Assembly: GCF_018336915.1 (NCBI RefSeq)
Contig: NZ_CP064923.1
Coordinates: forward strand, 2,490,001 to 2,522,000
Direction of reading: 5' to 3'
From: Acaryochloris marina S15
Lineage (GTDB): Bacteria > Cyanobacteriota > Cyanobacteriia > Thermosynechococcales > Thermosynechococcaceae
DNA: 32,000 nucleotides
Numbering within the stretch: the stretch's first letter is position 1; each line of letters opens with the position of its first letter. This document shows, in pieces, positions 9,435-18,134 of the stretch. The position numbers were made by a program, and so were the translations under genes. The notes under the pieces are model-generated. The model searched no databases, was not told where the DNA came from, and saw only the letters and a list, made by a program, of their open reading frames with translations.

Positions 9435-9443
9435 GTGTGCTAT
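9435..9443. repeat. Target-site duplication, right copy (GTGTGCTAT)
   Basis: Identical to 9304-9312. Confidence 0.8.
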
Positions 9444-9474
9444 CTAATCCCTTAGGTACTTCTAGTTAATTGAT

Positions 9475-11325
9475 ATGTTTTCTAATATACGTATTGCTAT
9501 TCGGAATCTCTTAAAAGCAACTGCACTATGGCAGGAAAATCGGTTGATCCTGAAGGAATTTAAATATTTTCCTGGGATTACTGTGGCTGCGATCGCATTC
9601 TCTTTAGTCGCTGCATTTATGTCAGGCTCTACGATTGCTCTAATAGGAGTTTTTCTGCAGGGACTTACAAATCCTCATGAATCACCTATTTACACTGGCA
9701 TTTATTGGCTGGACTCTTGGGTACTCGGAACATATTCTCCCTCTTCTGAACGAATTGTGCGTTTATCTGCACTCATCTTAATAGTCATTTGGCTACAGGC
9801 AATTTTTATTTATCTGGGTCAACTATATTCTAGATTAGTCGCTATTAATTTGACTGAGCGTCTACGTAGAAGCCTATTCGAACAGCTGCAAAGGTTGAGC
9901 TTAAAGTTTTATTCAACAACTAAAGCAGGCGAGTTAATTAATAGTATTCGAGGTGAGACAAATCAACTTCAACAAGCTTTTGGAGTTATATCAGTATTTA
10001 TAACTCAAGGGGCAACTCTTCTAATTTATGTAGGGTTAATGTTTGTACTCTCTTGGAAGCTTTTAGCAGCAGCCTTCATAGTTTTTTGTTTGCTTTCTAT
10101 TGTAGTTTCTAATATTTCTGCAAGAGTTCGAGAGGCTAGCTTTGATGTCCCAAAAGCAAATGGCCAGTTTTCAACGAATACACTTGAGTTTATTCATGGA
10201 ATTCGGACAGTGCATGCTTCAGCTACTCATGAATTTGAACGAAAACGTTTTTACAAGTCGACACGACAGGTTGCAAAATCAATGGTTAAAGTTGCCAAGC
10301 TCTCCGCAATAGTTGGACCATTGACTCAAGCCATATCTGGAACGTTGCTAATTCTTATGGTTGCATTTTCATATAATTCATTGGTGGAAAGTGGTCAGAT
10401 GAGAACAGTCACATTACTGACTTTTCTGCTTACCTTATCTCGAACAATGCCTGTAGTTACTAAATTAAATGGAGCCTGGACTAAATTAAATTCTTTTCAA
10501 GGTGCCTTTCATAATATCAAAGAACTTTTAAGATGTGATAATAAACCATATTTAGAAAATGGTAAAACTCAATTTTTAGGCTTAAAGTATTCTATTGACT
10601 TTGTGTCTGTAAATTTTGGTTACGCCATTGATGAACCCATTCTTCAGGACATCACACTTTCCATGGTTAAAGGGCAAACAACTGCATTAGTAGGAGCATC
10701 GGGAGCAGGTAAATCAACATTAGCAGATCTTATTCCTAGGTTTTATGATCCTTTACAGGGAAAAGTTCTGATTGATGGAATTGAACTATGCGATTATGAT
10801 ATTCATTCTTTACGTCATAAACTTGCCATAGTTAGCCAGGATACGTTTATTTTTAATGCCTCTGTTCTATACAACATTACATATGGCTTAGATGAGGTAT
10901 CTGAAGAGGCTATTTGGGAATCTACGCGCCAAGCTAATGCGATTGATTTTATTCAAGAACTACCTGAAGGATTAAATACTCAATTAGGCGATCGTGGTAT
11001 TCGCTTATCCGGTGGACAGCGACAACGAATTGCGATTGCACGAGCATTGCTTAGAAATCCAGAGATCCTTATTTTGGATGAAGCCACTAGTGCCCTAGAT
11101 TCTGTGACTGAACGGCTGATCCAAGAGTCATTGGAGAAACTATCTCAAGGTCGAACAGTGATTTCGATTGCTCATCGATTATCTACAGTTGTTCGTGCTG
11201 ACAAAGTAGTAGTTCTAGAGCAAGGCCAGGTCGTTGAGCAAGGAGGTTATCAGGAGTTGTTAAAGCGACGAGGGAAGTTATGGAAGTATCATCAGATACA
11301 ACATGAACTCGGACATGTAAGCTAA
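9475..11325 (+). CDS. ABC exporter half-transporter (fused TMD-NBD, MsbA/PglK-like type I exporter)
   Basis: 616 aa. The N-terminal ~320 aa contain about 6 hydrophobic helices. The NBD has Walker A GASGAGKST, signature LSGGQRQR, Walker B ILILDEATSALD and H-loop SIAHRLST. There is no N-terminal C39 peptidase-like domain. Confidence 0.9.
   Translation: MFSNIRIAIRNLLKATALWQENRLILKEFKYFPGITVAAIAFSLVAAFMSGSTIALIGVFLQGLTNPHESPIYTGIYWLDSWVLGTYSPSSERIVRLSALILIVIWLQAIFIYLGQLYSRLVAINLTERLRRSLFEQLQRLSLKFYSTTKAGELINSIRGETNQLQQAFGVISVFITQGATLLIYVGLMFVLSWKLLAAAFIVFCLLSIVVSNISARVREASFDVPKANGQFSTNTLEFIHGIRTVHASATHEFERKRFYKSTRQVAKSMVKVAKLSAIVGPLTQAISGTLLILMVAFSYNSLVESGQMRTVTLLTFLLTLSRTMPVVTKLNGAWTKLNSFQGAFHNIKELLRCDNKPYLENGKTQFLGLKYSIDFVSVNFGYAIDEPILQDITLSMVKGQTTALVGASGAGKSTLADLIPRFYDPLQGKVLIDGIELCDYDIHSLRHKLAIVSQDTFIFNASVLYNITYGLDEVSEEAIWESTRQANAIDFIQELPEGLNTQLGDRGIRLSGGQRQRIAIARALLRNPEILILDEATSALDSVTERLIQESLEKLSQGRTVISIAHRLSTVVRADKVVVLEQGQVVEQGGYQELLKRRGKLWKYHQIQHELGHVS
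9589..9596. repeat. HIP1 octamer GCGATCGC
   Basis: Exact match read from the sequence. Confidence 0.95.
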
Positions 11326-11416
11326 AGCTTATTTTATATTTTCATGATTGCTTTGAACCTACTGAGATCAAAGAATATAAGGGTATTAAACGTTGAAAAT
11401 ATTCTAGTTTTTTGAT

Positions 11417-12610
11417 ATGAAATTAAATGATTCTAAAGAGTTAGATAGTCTAGACTTCATAAGTCATAAGGTTTCTCAATATTTCTGTAGTCTTTGGGAT
11501 AGTACAATAGGTGGTTTTCGATTTACACCTGCGCAGCCAGTAACTTTAATGGCAACGTCTTATACCATTCTTGGGCTAGAGCTTACAAATAGTTTGGATA
11601 GGTTGAACTTGTTCCAAAAAGAGGCAGTCATCGACTATTTGCAAGCAAATGTTAAACATGATGGTTCTTTTGTTGATCCTCTTTTCAATCTCAAAGACTC
11701 TTTAAGTGAATATCATGATTTAGGTTATTTCCAAGAAGAAACTACAACCCTTTGTCAACAAGCTCTTGATGCCTTATCAGCCGCTCCTCCTCCTCCTCGC
11801 GATTGGGAGTCTGATCACCGTATCAAGAGAGGTATAAGCCTCTATTTTGAAGCACTCGATTGGCAAGATGCTTGGATGGATTCAAACCCCGTTATGTTCG
11901 TTCTAAGTCAACTCTGTCATGATGCTGAACGTCATCAAAAACAAGAGTTGTTGAACTATGTTGATAGTGCTTTGGATTGGCTTGATAATCACCAAAGTCC
12001 GGATACGGGTTTATGGAGAGGGCCACATGAGGTCTCTTTAGTCAATGCAATGGCTGCTACATTTCATTTCACATTTTTCTACCGCTATCGTGGTCGACCC
12101 ATCAAATATCTAGAGAAAATCATTGATTCATGCCTTAGTTTACAGCGACCCCATGGATTGTTTAGTGAAGGAGGTGTAGTTGGTCAAACGTGTTTAGATT
12201 TCGACGCTATTGATCTATTAGCTAAAGCATCGGCTATGAGTGATTATCGTGAAAAAGATGTTAAGCATTCAATGACCCTTGCGTACAAGGCTCTCTTACG
12301 ACTACAAAACAATGTAGATGGCGGTTTTGCAGATAGTAAAGAGAAACTACAGCGCCGACAAAGCTATAAATATAGGTTGATAAAAAAATTAGGCGCATCA
12401 CGGTGGATATCTCCCACTATAAGAGTACCTGTGAAAGGAACTTACCATGTCTGTTGGAAATTGCTTTCTTGTAATAAGTCAGATAGCAATGCTTTTTCGA
12501 CATGGCTGCGTTTTATGAGCCTAAGTTTGATTAATCATAAGAAGACAACAGAGTATCCCAAGAAAAATTTTACTTTCAGACGACTACCATTTCTCGGATT
12601 TCATATATAG
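11417..12610 (+). CDS. Unassigned protein with prenyltransferase/squalene-cyclase-like alpha/alpha-toroid repeats
   Basis: 397 aa with no signal peptide or TM segment seen. Glycine-aromatic turns recur at about 50-aa spacing: TIGGFRF, HDGSFVD, DTGLWRG, PHGLFSE, VDGGFAD. Each is followed by helix-like segments. The family assignment is tentative. Confidence 0.4.
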   Translation: MKLNDSKELDSLDFISHKVSQYFCSLWDSTIGGFRFTPAQPVTLMATSYTILGLELTNSLDRLNLFQKEAVIDYLQANVKHDGSFVDPLFNLKDSLSEYHDLGYFQEETTTLCQQALDALSAAPPPPRDWESDHRIKRGISLYFEALDWQDAWMDSNPVMFVLSQLCHDAERHQKQELLNYVDSALDWLDNHQSPDTGLWRGPHEVSLVNAMAATFHFTFFYRYRGRPIKYLEKIIDSCLSLQRPHGLFSEGGVVGQTCLDFDAIDLLAKASAMSDYREKDVKHSMTLAYKALLRLQNNVDGGFADSKEKLQRRQSYKYRLIKKLGASRWISPTIRVPVKGTYHVCWKLLSCNKSDSNAFSTWLRFMSLSLINHKKTTEYPKKNFTFRRLPFLGFHI

Positions 12611-12644
12611 CGCCAATATTTTGTGAAAGTCAATCTCGAGCGAG

Positions 12645-13379
12645 ATGAAAGCAATGAACTCTCTGATTAGAAATCTCTCACTTCTAAATCAATCGAAGAG
12701 AAATTCTACAAAAAAAATTGTTGGAGAAAAAATTATTGAGATAGCTCCCTTAAAAGCACTCTATATACCAATACCTAAAGTTGCTTGCTCTAGCATCAAG
12801 CGAGCGATCGCTGAATTCCTCAAAATTGAAATCCCTAATAATGGTATCAACATTCATAATGCGCATTATCCAATAGTTGATAGAGATATACTGCATCAAT
12901 ATGATGATTATTGGAAATTTTGCTTTGTGAGAAACCCTTGGGATAGATTAGTTTCTTGCTATACAGAAAAAATTAAAGCTGATAATAACTTCTCTGGTAT
13001 AACAGGAAGTTTTGTCAACGGTATCCATAAGGGATTTGTAAAATATGGCATATTTAAAGCAAACATGCCTTTTAATGAATTCCTAAAGGCAGTTGCAAGT
13101 ATCCCGGATCATGAAGCAGAACAACACTTTCGATCTCAATATACATTTATAGTTGATGCTCATGGTAATTCTCTGGTTGATTTTGCGGGAAGATTTGAGA
13201 ATATTAATGAAGACTTTGACAGCATACTCAAAACTCTGAATGCGTCTTCAGAACTGAGTTTATCTCGGTCAAATAAGACTCGCCATAAAAACTATAGAGA
13301 ATACTATTCAGATGAATCGCTTAGTATATTTTCAGAAAGATATTCACAAGACATAATTCGATTTAACTACAAATTTTAG
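12645..13379 (+). CDS. Sulfotransferase (Sulfotransfer_2-like), type 2 of 3
   Basis: 244 aa. It has a 5'-PSB-like YIPIPKVACSSIKRAI and a 3'-PB-like FCFVRNPWDRLVSCY. This resembles the carbohydrate sulfotransferase family pattern HIPKtGGTS ... RNPxxRxxS. Confidence 0.7.
   Translation: MKAMNSLIRNLSLLNQSKRNSTKKIVGEKIIEIAPLKALYIPIPKVACSSIKRAIAEFLKIEIPNNGINIHNAHYPIVDRDILHQYDDYWKFCFVRNPWDRLVSCYTEKIKADNNFSGITGSFVNGIHKGFVKYGIFKANMPFNEFLKAVASIPDHEAEQHFRSQYTFIVDAHGNSLVDFAGRFENINEDFDSILKTLNASSELSLSRSNKTRHKNYREYYSDESLSIFSERYSQDIIRFNYKF
12804..12811. repeat. HIP1 octamer GCGATCGC
   Basis: Exact match. Confidence 0.95.
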
Positions 13380-13574
13380 TTGATTTCTTTGTTTGAAAAT
13401 TTCTTATGGAGATTTTAGTTTTACTTTAATAATTTTTTTGTATCTATCATCTATTCTTTTTAAGCTGTAAGTTTATTTAGATTAGAGTAAAACTTTAGGC
13501 TTATTAAGCGTGGAAACTCATTATTGTCAAGAGAATTTAAAGCCGATAATAATTTTTTAATGAAAACAAGATTT

Positions 13575-13596
13575 TATGATAAAATTTTTTATCATA
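13575..13596. promoter_or_regulatory. Perfect 10-bp inverted repeat TATGATAAAA-TT-TTTTATCATA (candidate operator)
   Basis: Read directly from the sequence. It lies in the 312-bp AT-rich gap (13380-13691), the largest intergenic gap inside the locus, about 95 bp upstream of the ATG at 13692. Confidence 0.3.
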
Positions 13597-13691
13597 CTTT
13601 ATGCTTAAGATATAGTTTACCTATTTAAATCTAAATATTAGTAATTCTTTGAATGCTTTTCCTACATTTTATTCGAGAACTTTTCTGAGAA

Positions 13692-14816
13692 ATGAGTAGA
13701 CATATACCTAAAGTAAGCGTTTTGATGTCTGTTTACAATGGAGATCGATATCTAGAAGAGTCTTTGAATAGCATTCTTGATCAGACTTTTACTGACTTTG
13801 AAGTAGTGATTATTGATGATAACTCTTCAGATGAAACCCAATCTATATTGAGTTATTTTGCAAGTAAAGATTGCAGAATAAGGTTGTCACATAACTCAGA
13901 AAATATTGGACTAACCAAATCTTTAAATAAAGGGTTACGTCTTGTTCAAGGAGAATATATTGCTCGGCAAGATGCAGATGATATATCTATGCCAACACGC
14001 TTTGAGAAACAGGTCACCTGGCTAAATAATCATCCTGAAACAACTTTGATTTCTGCTGAAATTCAAAGAATTAGACCCAATGGGAATTTTGGTAATGTCA
14101 GTGAAAGGAGCTGCCCTCCAAATTTGCTACCCTGGCACTTGCTTTTTCATAATCACCTAGGTGGTCATAGTCAAGTCATGTTTCGGTGCCAATCCGTCCT
14201 TCAACTGGGTGGCTATAACGAAGCATATCGATATAGCCAAGATTATGAACTGTGGTGTCGTCTAGCTCAAATTGGTGAACTATTCATATTACCAGAGGTT
14301 TTACTGCATCAGCGATTTCACAGCTCCAGCATTTCTAGCATTAAACGAGCTGAGCAGAATGAGTTGGTATTTAGCCAGATAGCACGAAATATCGAGCAGT
14401 TGACTGGGAAAGTGCCTTTAAAGAAAGAGGTTGAAAATCTACATTGTCTTTGGTCGACCAATCAAAAGACTCAGATCAAGCGATTCCCTCCAACTGAAAT
14501 GGCTAGGCTTCTCAATCGACAGCTCTGTTATGTCTATCTTGCCTATGCGACTCAACAGGCTGCTTCGCTTCGGCGACCACTGCGTGCTTTGATTGCACAA
14601 AAGTTTTTGGATTGGGCAAATAGACTAAGTTTACGCAAGCAGTTGTTAGCTAAACTTCAAATTTATTGGTTTTCTCTTTGTTGGTCTCCCCAATTGGTGG
14701 TTAGACAATCGATAGAAAAGCTCAGTAAGAAAGCAATATTCTTGGAAATACAGAGGCCAGCATATAGTGTTCGAAATAATATTGCGGAAATATTTAAGAG
14801 TGTCAAAGTTCTCTAA
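13692..14816 (+). CDS. Glycosyltransferase family 2 (GT-A)
   Basis: 374 aa. Motifs are VSVLMSVYNGDRYL, VVIIDDNSSDET, ARQDADDIS (DxD) and QDYELWCR. It is a paralog of the next ORF. Confidence 0.9.
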   Translation: MSRHIPKVSVLMSVYNGDRYLEESLNSILDQTFTDFEVVIIDDNSSDETQSILSYFASKDCRIRLSHNSENIGLTKSLNKGLRLVQGEYIARQDADDISMPTRFEKQVTWLNNHPETTLISAEIQRIRPNGNFGNVSERSCPPNLLPWHLLFHNHLGGHSQVMFRCQSVLQLGGYNEAYRYSQDYELWCRLAQIGELFILPEVLLHQRFHSSSISSIKRAEQNELVFSQIARNIEQLTGKVPLKKEVENLHCLWSTNQKTQIKRFPPTEMARLLNRQLCYVYLAYATQQAASLRRPLRALIAQKFLDWANRLSLRKQLLAKLQIYWFSLCWSPQLVVRQSIEKLSKKAIFLEIQRPAYSVRNNIAEIFKSVKVL

Positions 14817-14864
14817 TGTATGTATTTAGAAAGATTAAACTGTCAGTCATGGGAGAAATAGCTA

Positions 14865-15821
14865 ATGGATAGCTCTACCCCTGTTATTTCTGTAATTATG
14901 CCTGTATTTAACTCTCTGCGTTATCTGGACGAAGCAGTTAATAGTATCCTACAGCAGAGTTTTCGAGACTTTGAGTTTTTGATTTTTGATGATGGATCTA
15001 CTGATGGTTCTCTGAAGAAGTTACAGCAATATGTAAACAAAGATAAGAGAATTCAATTGTTTGCCCGAGAGCATAGGGGCTTAACAATATTGCTTAATGA
15101 AGGGCTGAAAAAAGCCAGAGGCAAATATATTGCCCGAATGGACTCAGACGATATTGCCTTGATAAATCGATTTGAGACCCAACTGACATTTTTAGCCCAG
15201 AATCCAGAGTGCGTGGCAGTAGGTTCAGAAATCTTGAGAATTGATCCAGAGGGTTTACCCATTGGTATTAAAGGACAGCCGACCAAACATGAAGAAATTC
15301 TCCAAGCTTTATTGAATGGTAAAGGAGGGATTATTAACCACCCTAGTGCGATGTTTCCTCGTGCAGCCCTTGAAAAAATTGGTGGATATCGTTGCTATTT
15401 GGAACCGGCAGAAGACTTTGATTTATTTGTTCGGCTTTCTGAGATTGGTACGCTGGCAAATCTTCCTCAAGTGTTGATTAAGTATCGCCTTCATTGTCAG
15501 AGAACAACCAATCGTAGAAGGGACATTCAGTTGGAAAAAGTTCGCGAGATTGTACACCAAGCTTGGTTCAAGCGGGGCATGGGTGCTCCACCCAAAGATT
15601 TACTTAATAGCCAGCCAATTTTATCTCCCATAGAAAGTAGAAATCATTGGGCTCAAACAGCCATATCCCAAGGATATTTAGTTACTGGCTTAAAGCATTT
15701 CTTTATTCTCTTAGTCAATAGGCCTTATTCGCTAACTACTTGGAAAATGGTGTTGAGGGCCTTAATGAAGTCCAGTAAACATAGGAACTTAGCCAATTTT
15801 GTAAATTCTGCAGCGAGGTAA
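14865..15821 (+). CDS. Glycosyltransferase family 2 (GT-A)
   Basis: 318 aa. Motifs are ISVIMPVFNSLRYL, LIFDDGSTDGS, ARMDSDDIA and EDFDLFVR. It is colinear with 13692-14816 over the first ~200 aa. Confidence 0.9.
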   Translation: MDSSTPVISVIMPVFNSLRYLDEAVNSILQQSFRDFEFLIFDDGSTDGSLKKLQQYVNKDKRIQLFAREHRGLTILLNEGLKKARGKYIARMDSDDIALINRFETQLTFLAQNPECVAVGSEILRIDPEGLPIGIKGQPTKHEEILQALLNGKGGIINHPSAMFPRAALEKIGGYRCYLEPAEDFDLFVRLSEIGTLANLPQVLIKYRLHCQRTTNRRRDIQLEKVREIVHQAWFKRGMGAPPKDLLNSQPILSPIESRNHWAQTAISQGYLVTGLKHFFILLVNRPYSLTTWKMVLRALMKSSKHRNLANFVNSAAR

Positions 15822-15828
15822 ACATGAG

Positions 15829-16920
15829 ATGGTCCTAGGCGTTAGTATTATTATTTGCTGTTATAACAGTGCTCAGGAGCTACCACAGACCCTTCAGAAT
15901 CTAGTATTACAACAAGTCTCGGCTGACGTGCCCTGGGAAGTGGTAATCATCGATAATGCTTCAACGGATGCGACAGCAAAAGTAGCCCAATCTCTTTGGC
16001 CAAACTCTGCACCTGCTCCGCTCAGGATTGTCCATGAATCTAATTTGGGGCTAATCAATGCACGGTATAGAGCATTATCAGAAGCTCAATATGAGATTCT
16101 CAGTTTTATCGATGATGATAACTGGATTTGTTCAAATTGGGTGCAGACAGTCTCAGAGTTGATGTCTCATAATTCTGAGATTGGGGCATGTGGCAGCCAT
16201 AATATTCCGGCATTTGATGGGGAAAAACCTTGGTGGTTTGACCTAAGTTCTAGAAGTTATGCGGTTGGTAAACAAGGGCCTGATGAAGGAGGAGATATTA
16301 CTGGGTCAAGAGGGAGGTTAATTGGTGCAGGACTAACGATTCGCAAGTGTGCATGGCAACAACTTGTTGATAAAGGATTCAACTCTTTACTCGTAGGTTG
16401 CCAGGGAAAAGCATTGAATCGAGGTGAGGATACAGAGCTAACCTTTGCTCTTGTACTAGCTGGTTGGCGAATATGGTATGAACCCCGGCTCACACTACAG
16501 CATCACTTACAAGCAGAACGGTTGCAGTGGTCTTATTTGCGCCGTTTACGTAGAAATGGAGGAAAAGCAACTATTGGCTTTGATCCTTACCGATTTGCGT
16601 TTGAAGAAAAGGGGAGCGAACATCATATTTCTTTCTGGTGGAATGTCACTAAGAAATCTGATCAAAAATTTGAGCGGCAAGTTTGGTATTTTCAGGTTGT
16701 TTCAGTCTTGAAAGAGTTGCTTTGGACACCTATGAAATTATTTACCTCCTTTTTCCGTCCGATGGAAGGAAGCTTAGATGTATTGAAAATTGAGACTAAA
16801 ATTGGCAGGTTACTAGAGCTACTAAATAATCGAAGAGCATACGATATAAATATTCAGTCTGTTAGAAATGCTGCGTGGAGAAACAAGAATTTAGAGCATA
16901 AAATTGTATTTATGAAATAA
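15829..16920 (+). CDS. Glycosyltransferase family 2 (GT-A)
   Basis: 363 aa. Motifs are VSIIICCYNS, VVIIDNASTDAT, FIDDDNW (DxD) and NRGEDTELTF. Confidence 0.85.
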   Translation: MVLGVSIIICCYNSAQELPQTLQNLVLQQVSADVPWEVVIIDNASTDATAKVAQSLWPNSAPAPLRIVHESNLGLINARYRALSEAQYEILSFIDDDNWICSNWVQTVSELMSHNSEIGACGSHNIPAFDGEKPWWFDLSSRSYAVGKQGPDEGGDITGSRGRLIGAGLTIRKCAWQQLVDKGFNSLLVGCQGKALNRGEDTELTFALVLAGWRIWYEPRLTLQHHLQAERLQWSYLRRLRRNGGKATIGFDPYRFAFEEKGSEHHISFWWNVTKKSDQKFERQVWYFQVVSVLKELLWTPMKLFTSFFRPMEGSLDVLKIETKIGRLLELLNNRRAYDINIQSVRNAAWRNKNLEHKIVFMK

Positions 16921-17021
16921 TTTTTATATTACAAAGAGAATCGTTTAAGAATGGATAAGCAATGGTGATCTTTTAAATTGATCGGCAAGAAAAATTTATA
17001 GAATAGTTAACAAAAAGTGTA

Positions 17022-17996
17022 ATGATTAGAAAAGATAAAGGAGCATTTGTTTTAGTAATTCCTGTTCGAAATCCTCAGGACCAAAAGGTTATTGATTATA
17101 GCTGTATTGAAGCGATATTACATGAAACGGTAAGGTCACTTACCCAGCAATCCTATAGTCACACCCATATTGTTATTGTTTGCCACAAAATCCCTTCATG
17201 GGGAGGGACAATAGGAAACAATGTGACTTTTTTAAATGTCTCAAATATCCCAGCATTCCCTGCCAATAAAAATCCTGTAAGAGTAGATAAGGGATTGAAA
17301 TATATTATTGGTATTTTATATGCAAAAAATAATCTCAATCCAGATCTAGTCATGCCGATGGATGCAGATGACTATGTGAATGTTAAGCTTGCCAGTAAAT
17401 TGGTAAAAAAAGATAAATTCAATAGATTCAATAGTAATAGAGATGGATATATCTTAAAGAAAGGGCTACATGTAAACCTCCAAATTGCTGCTGACTACTC
17501 AGTGAATTATGAAGTGGCGTATTTAGTTGAGGAATTTGATCGAACCTGTGGATCTTGTAGAGTTTTTAAGACAGATGCTCTAATGAAATCAATAGAAACA
17601 ATTGATGTTGATATAGCTAGTCGATTTAGTTACTGGCCATTGCGATCGCAAAATGCATCGGTGACTGTTCCTGCTGAGCCAGTAATGTGGCTCAGTGATA
17701 TTTCTCAGCCACATTACTTAAGTGAAAATAATATTGTCAATATTTTAGGTAGGCATATCAAGCAAAGTCCATACTTTAAGTTGGCACCCCTTAACTTCGT
17801 AGGTGCAGCAAAAGGATGTGGCCATGGCAACCATGATGGCCCTAAACAAGGTGAGGTTCATATGGATAAAATTATTGGCAATATTTCTGCTCAACAATTT
17901 TGCAATAACTTTGGGATACTCAATAAAAACTATCTTAAACCAACCCACAAAAAAATAAACCTGGGTTTTCTTACGAATAAATTTCCCTTGTTTTAG
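17022..17996 (+). CDS. Divergent GT-A-like putative glycosyltransferase
   Basis: 324 aa. It has an N-terminal beta-strand motif FVLVIPVRNP and a DxD-like LVMPMDADDYV at the spacing expected for a GT-A fold. The rest is unrecognised. Confidence 0.4.
   Translation: MIRKDKGAFVLVIPVRNPQDQKVIDYSCIEAILHETVRSLTQQSYSHTHIVIVCHKIPSWGGTIGNNVTFLNVSNIPAFPANKNPVRVDKGLKYIIGILYAKNNLNPDLVMPMDADDYVNVKLASKLVKKDKFNRFNSNRDGYILKKGLHVNLQIAADYSVNYEVAYLVEEFDRTCGSCRVFKTDALMKSIETIDVDIASRFSYWPLRSQNASVTVPAEPVMWLSDISQPHYLSENNIVNILGRHIKQSPYFKLAPLNFVGAAKGCGHGNHDGPKQGEVHMDKIIGNISAQQFCNNFGILNKNYLKPTHKKINLGFLTNKFPLF
17642..17649. repeat. HIP1 octamer GCGATCGC
   Basis: Exact match. Confidence 0.95.
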
Positions 17997-18134
17997 ATTT
18001 TTGTATGCAAACTAGCTTAATTTTTTAATCTCAAGACATGAGAGTATTTATAACTATTTACTATGCTATTTTTTGTGGATTGAAGTTGTTATTTTCAAAT
18101 ATTAAAAATTATAAAAAATTGACCTATATAAATC

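Noticed and set aside
9475-11325. ABC transporter as the dedicated T1SS exporter for the RTX protein
   Set aside because: It has no C39/CLD N-terminal domain and no adjacent HlyD-type MFP gene. It is embedded in the glycan operon about 14 kb away, so a lipid-linked-glycan or MsbA-like role is more plausible.
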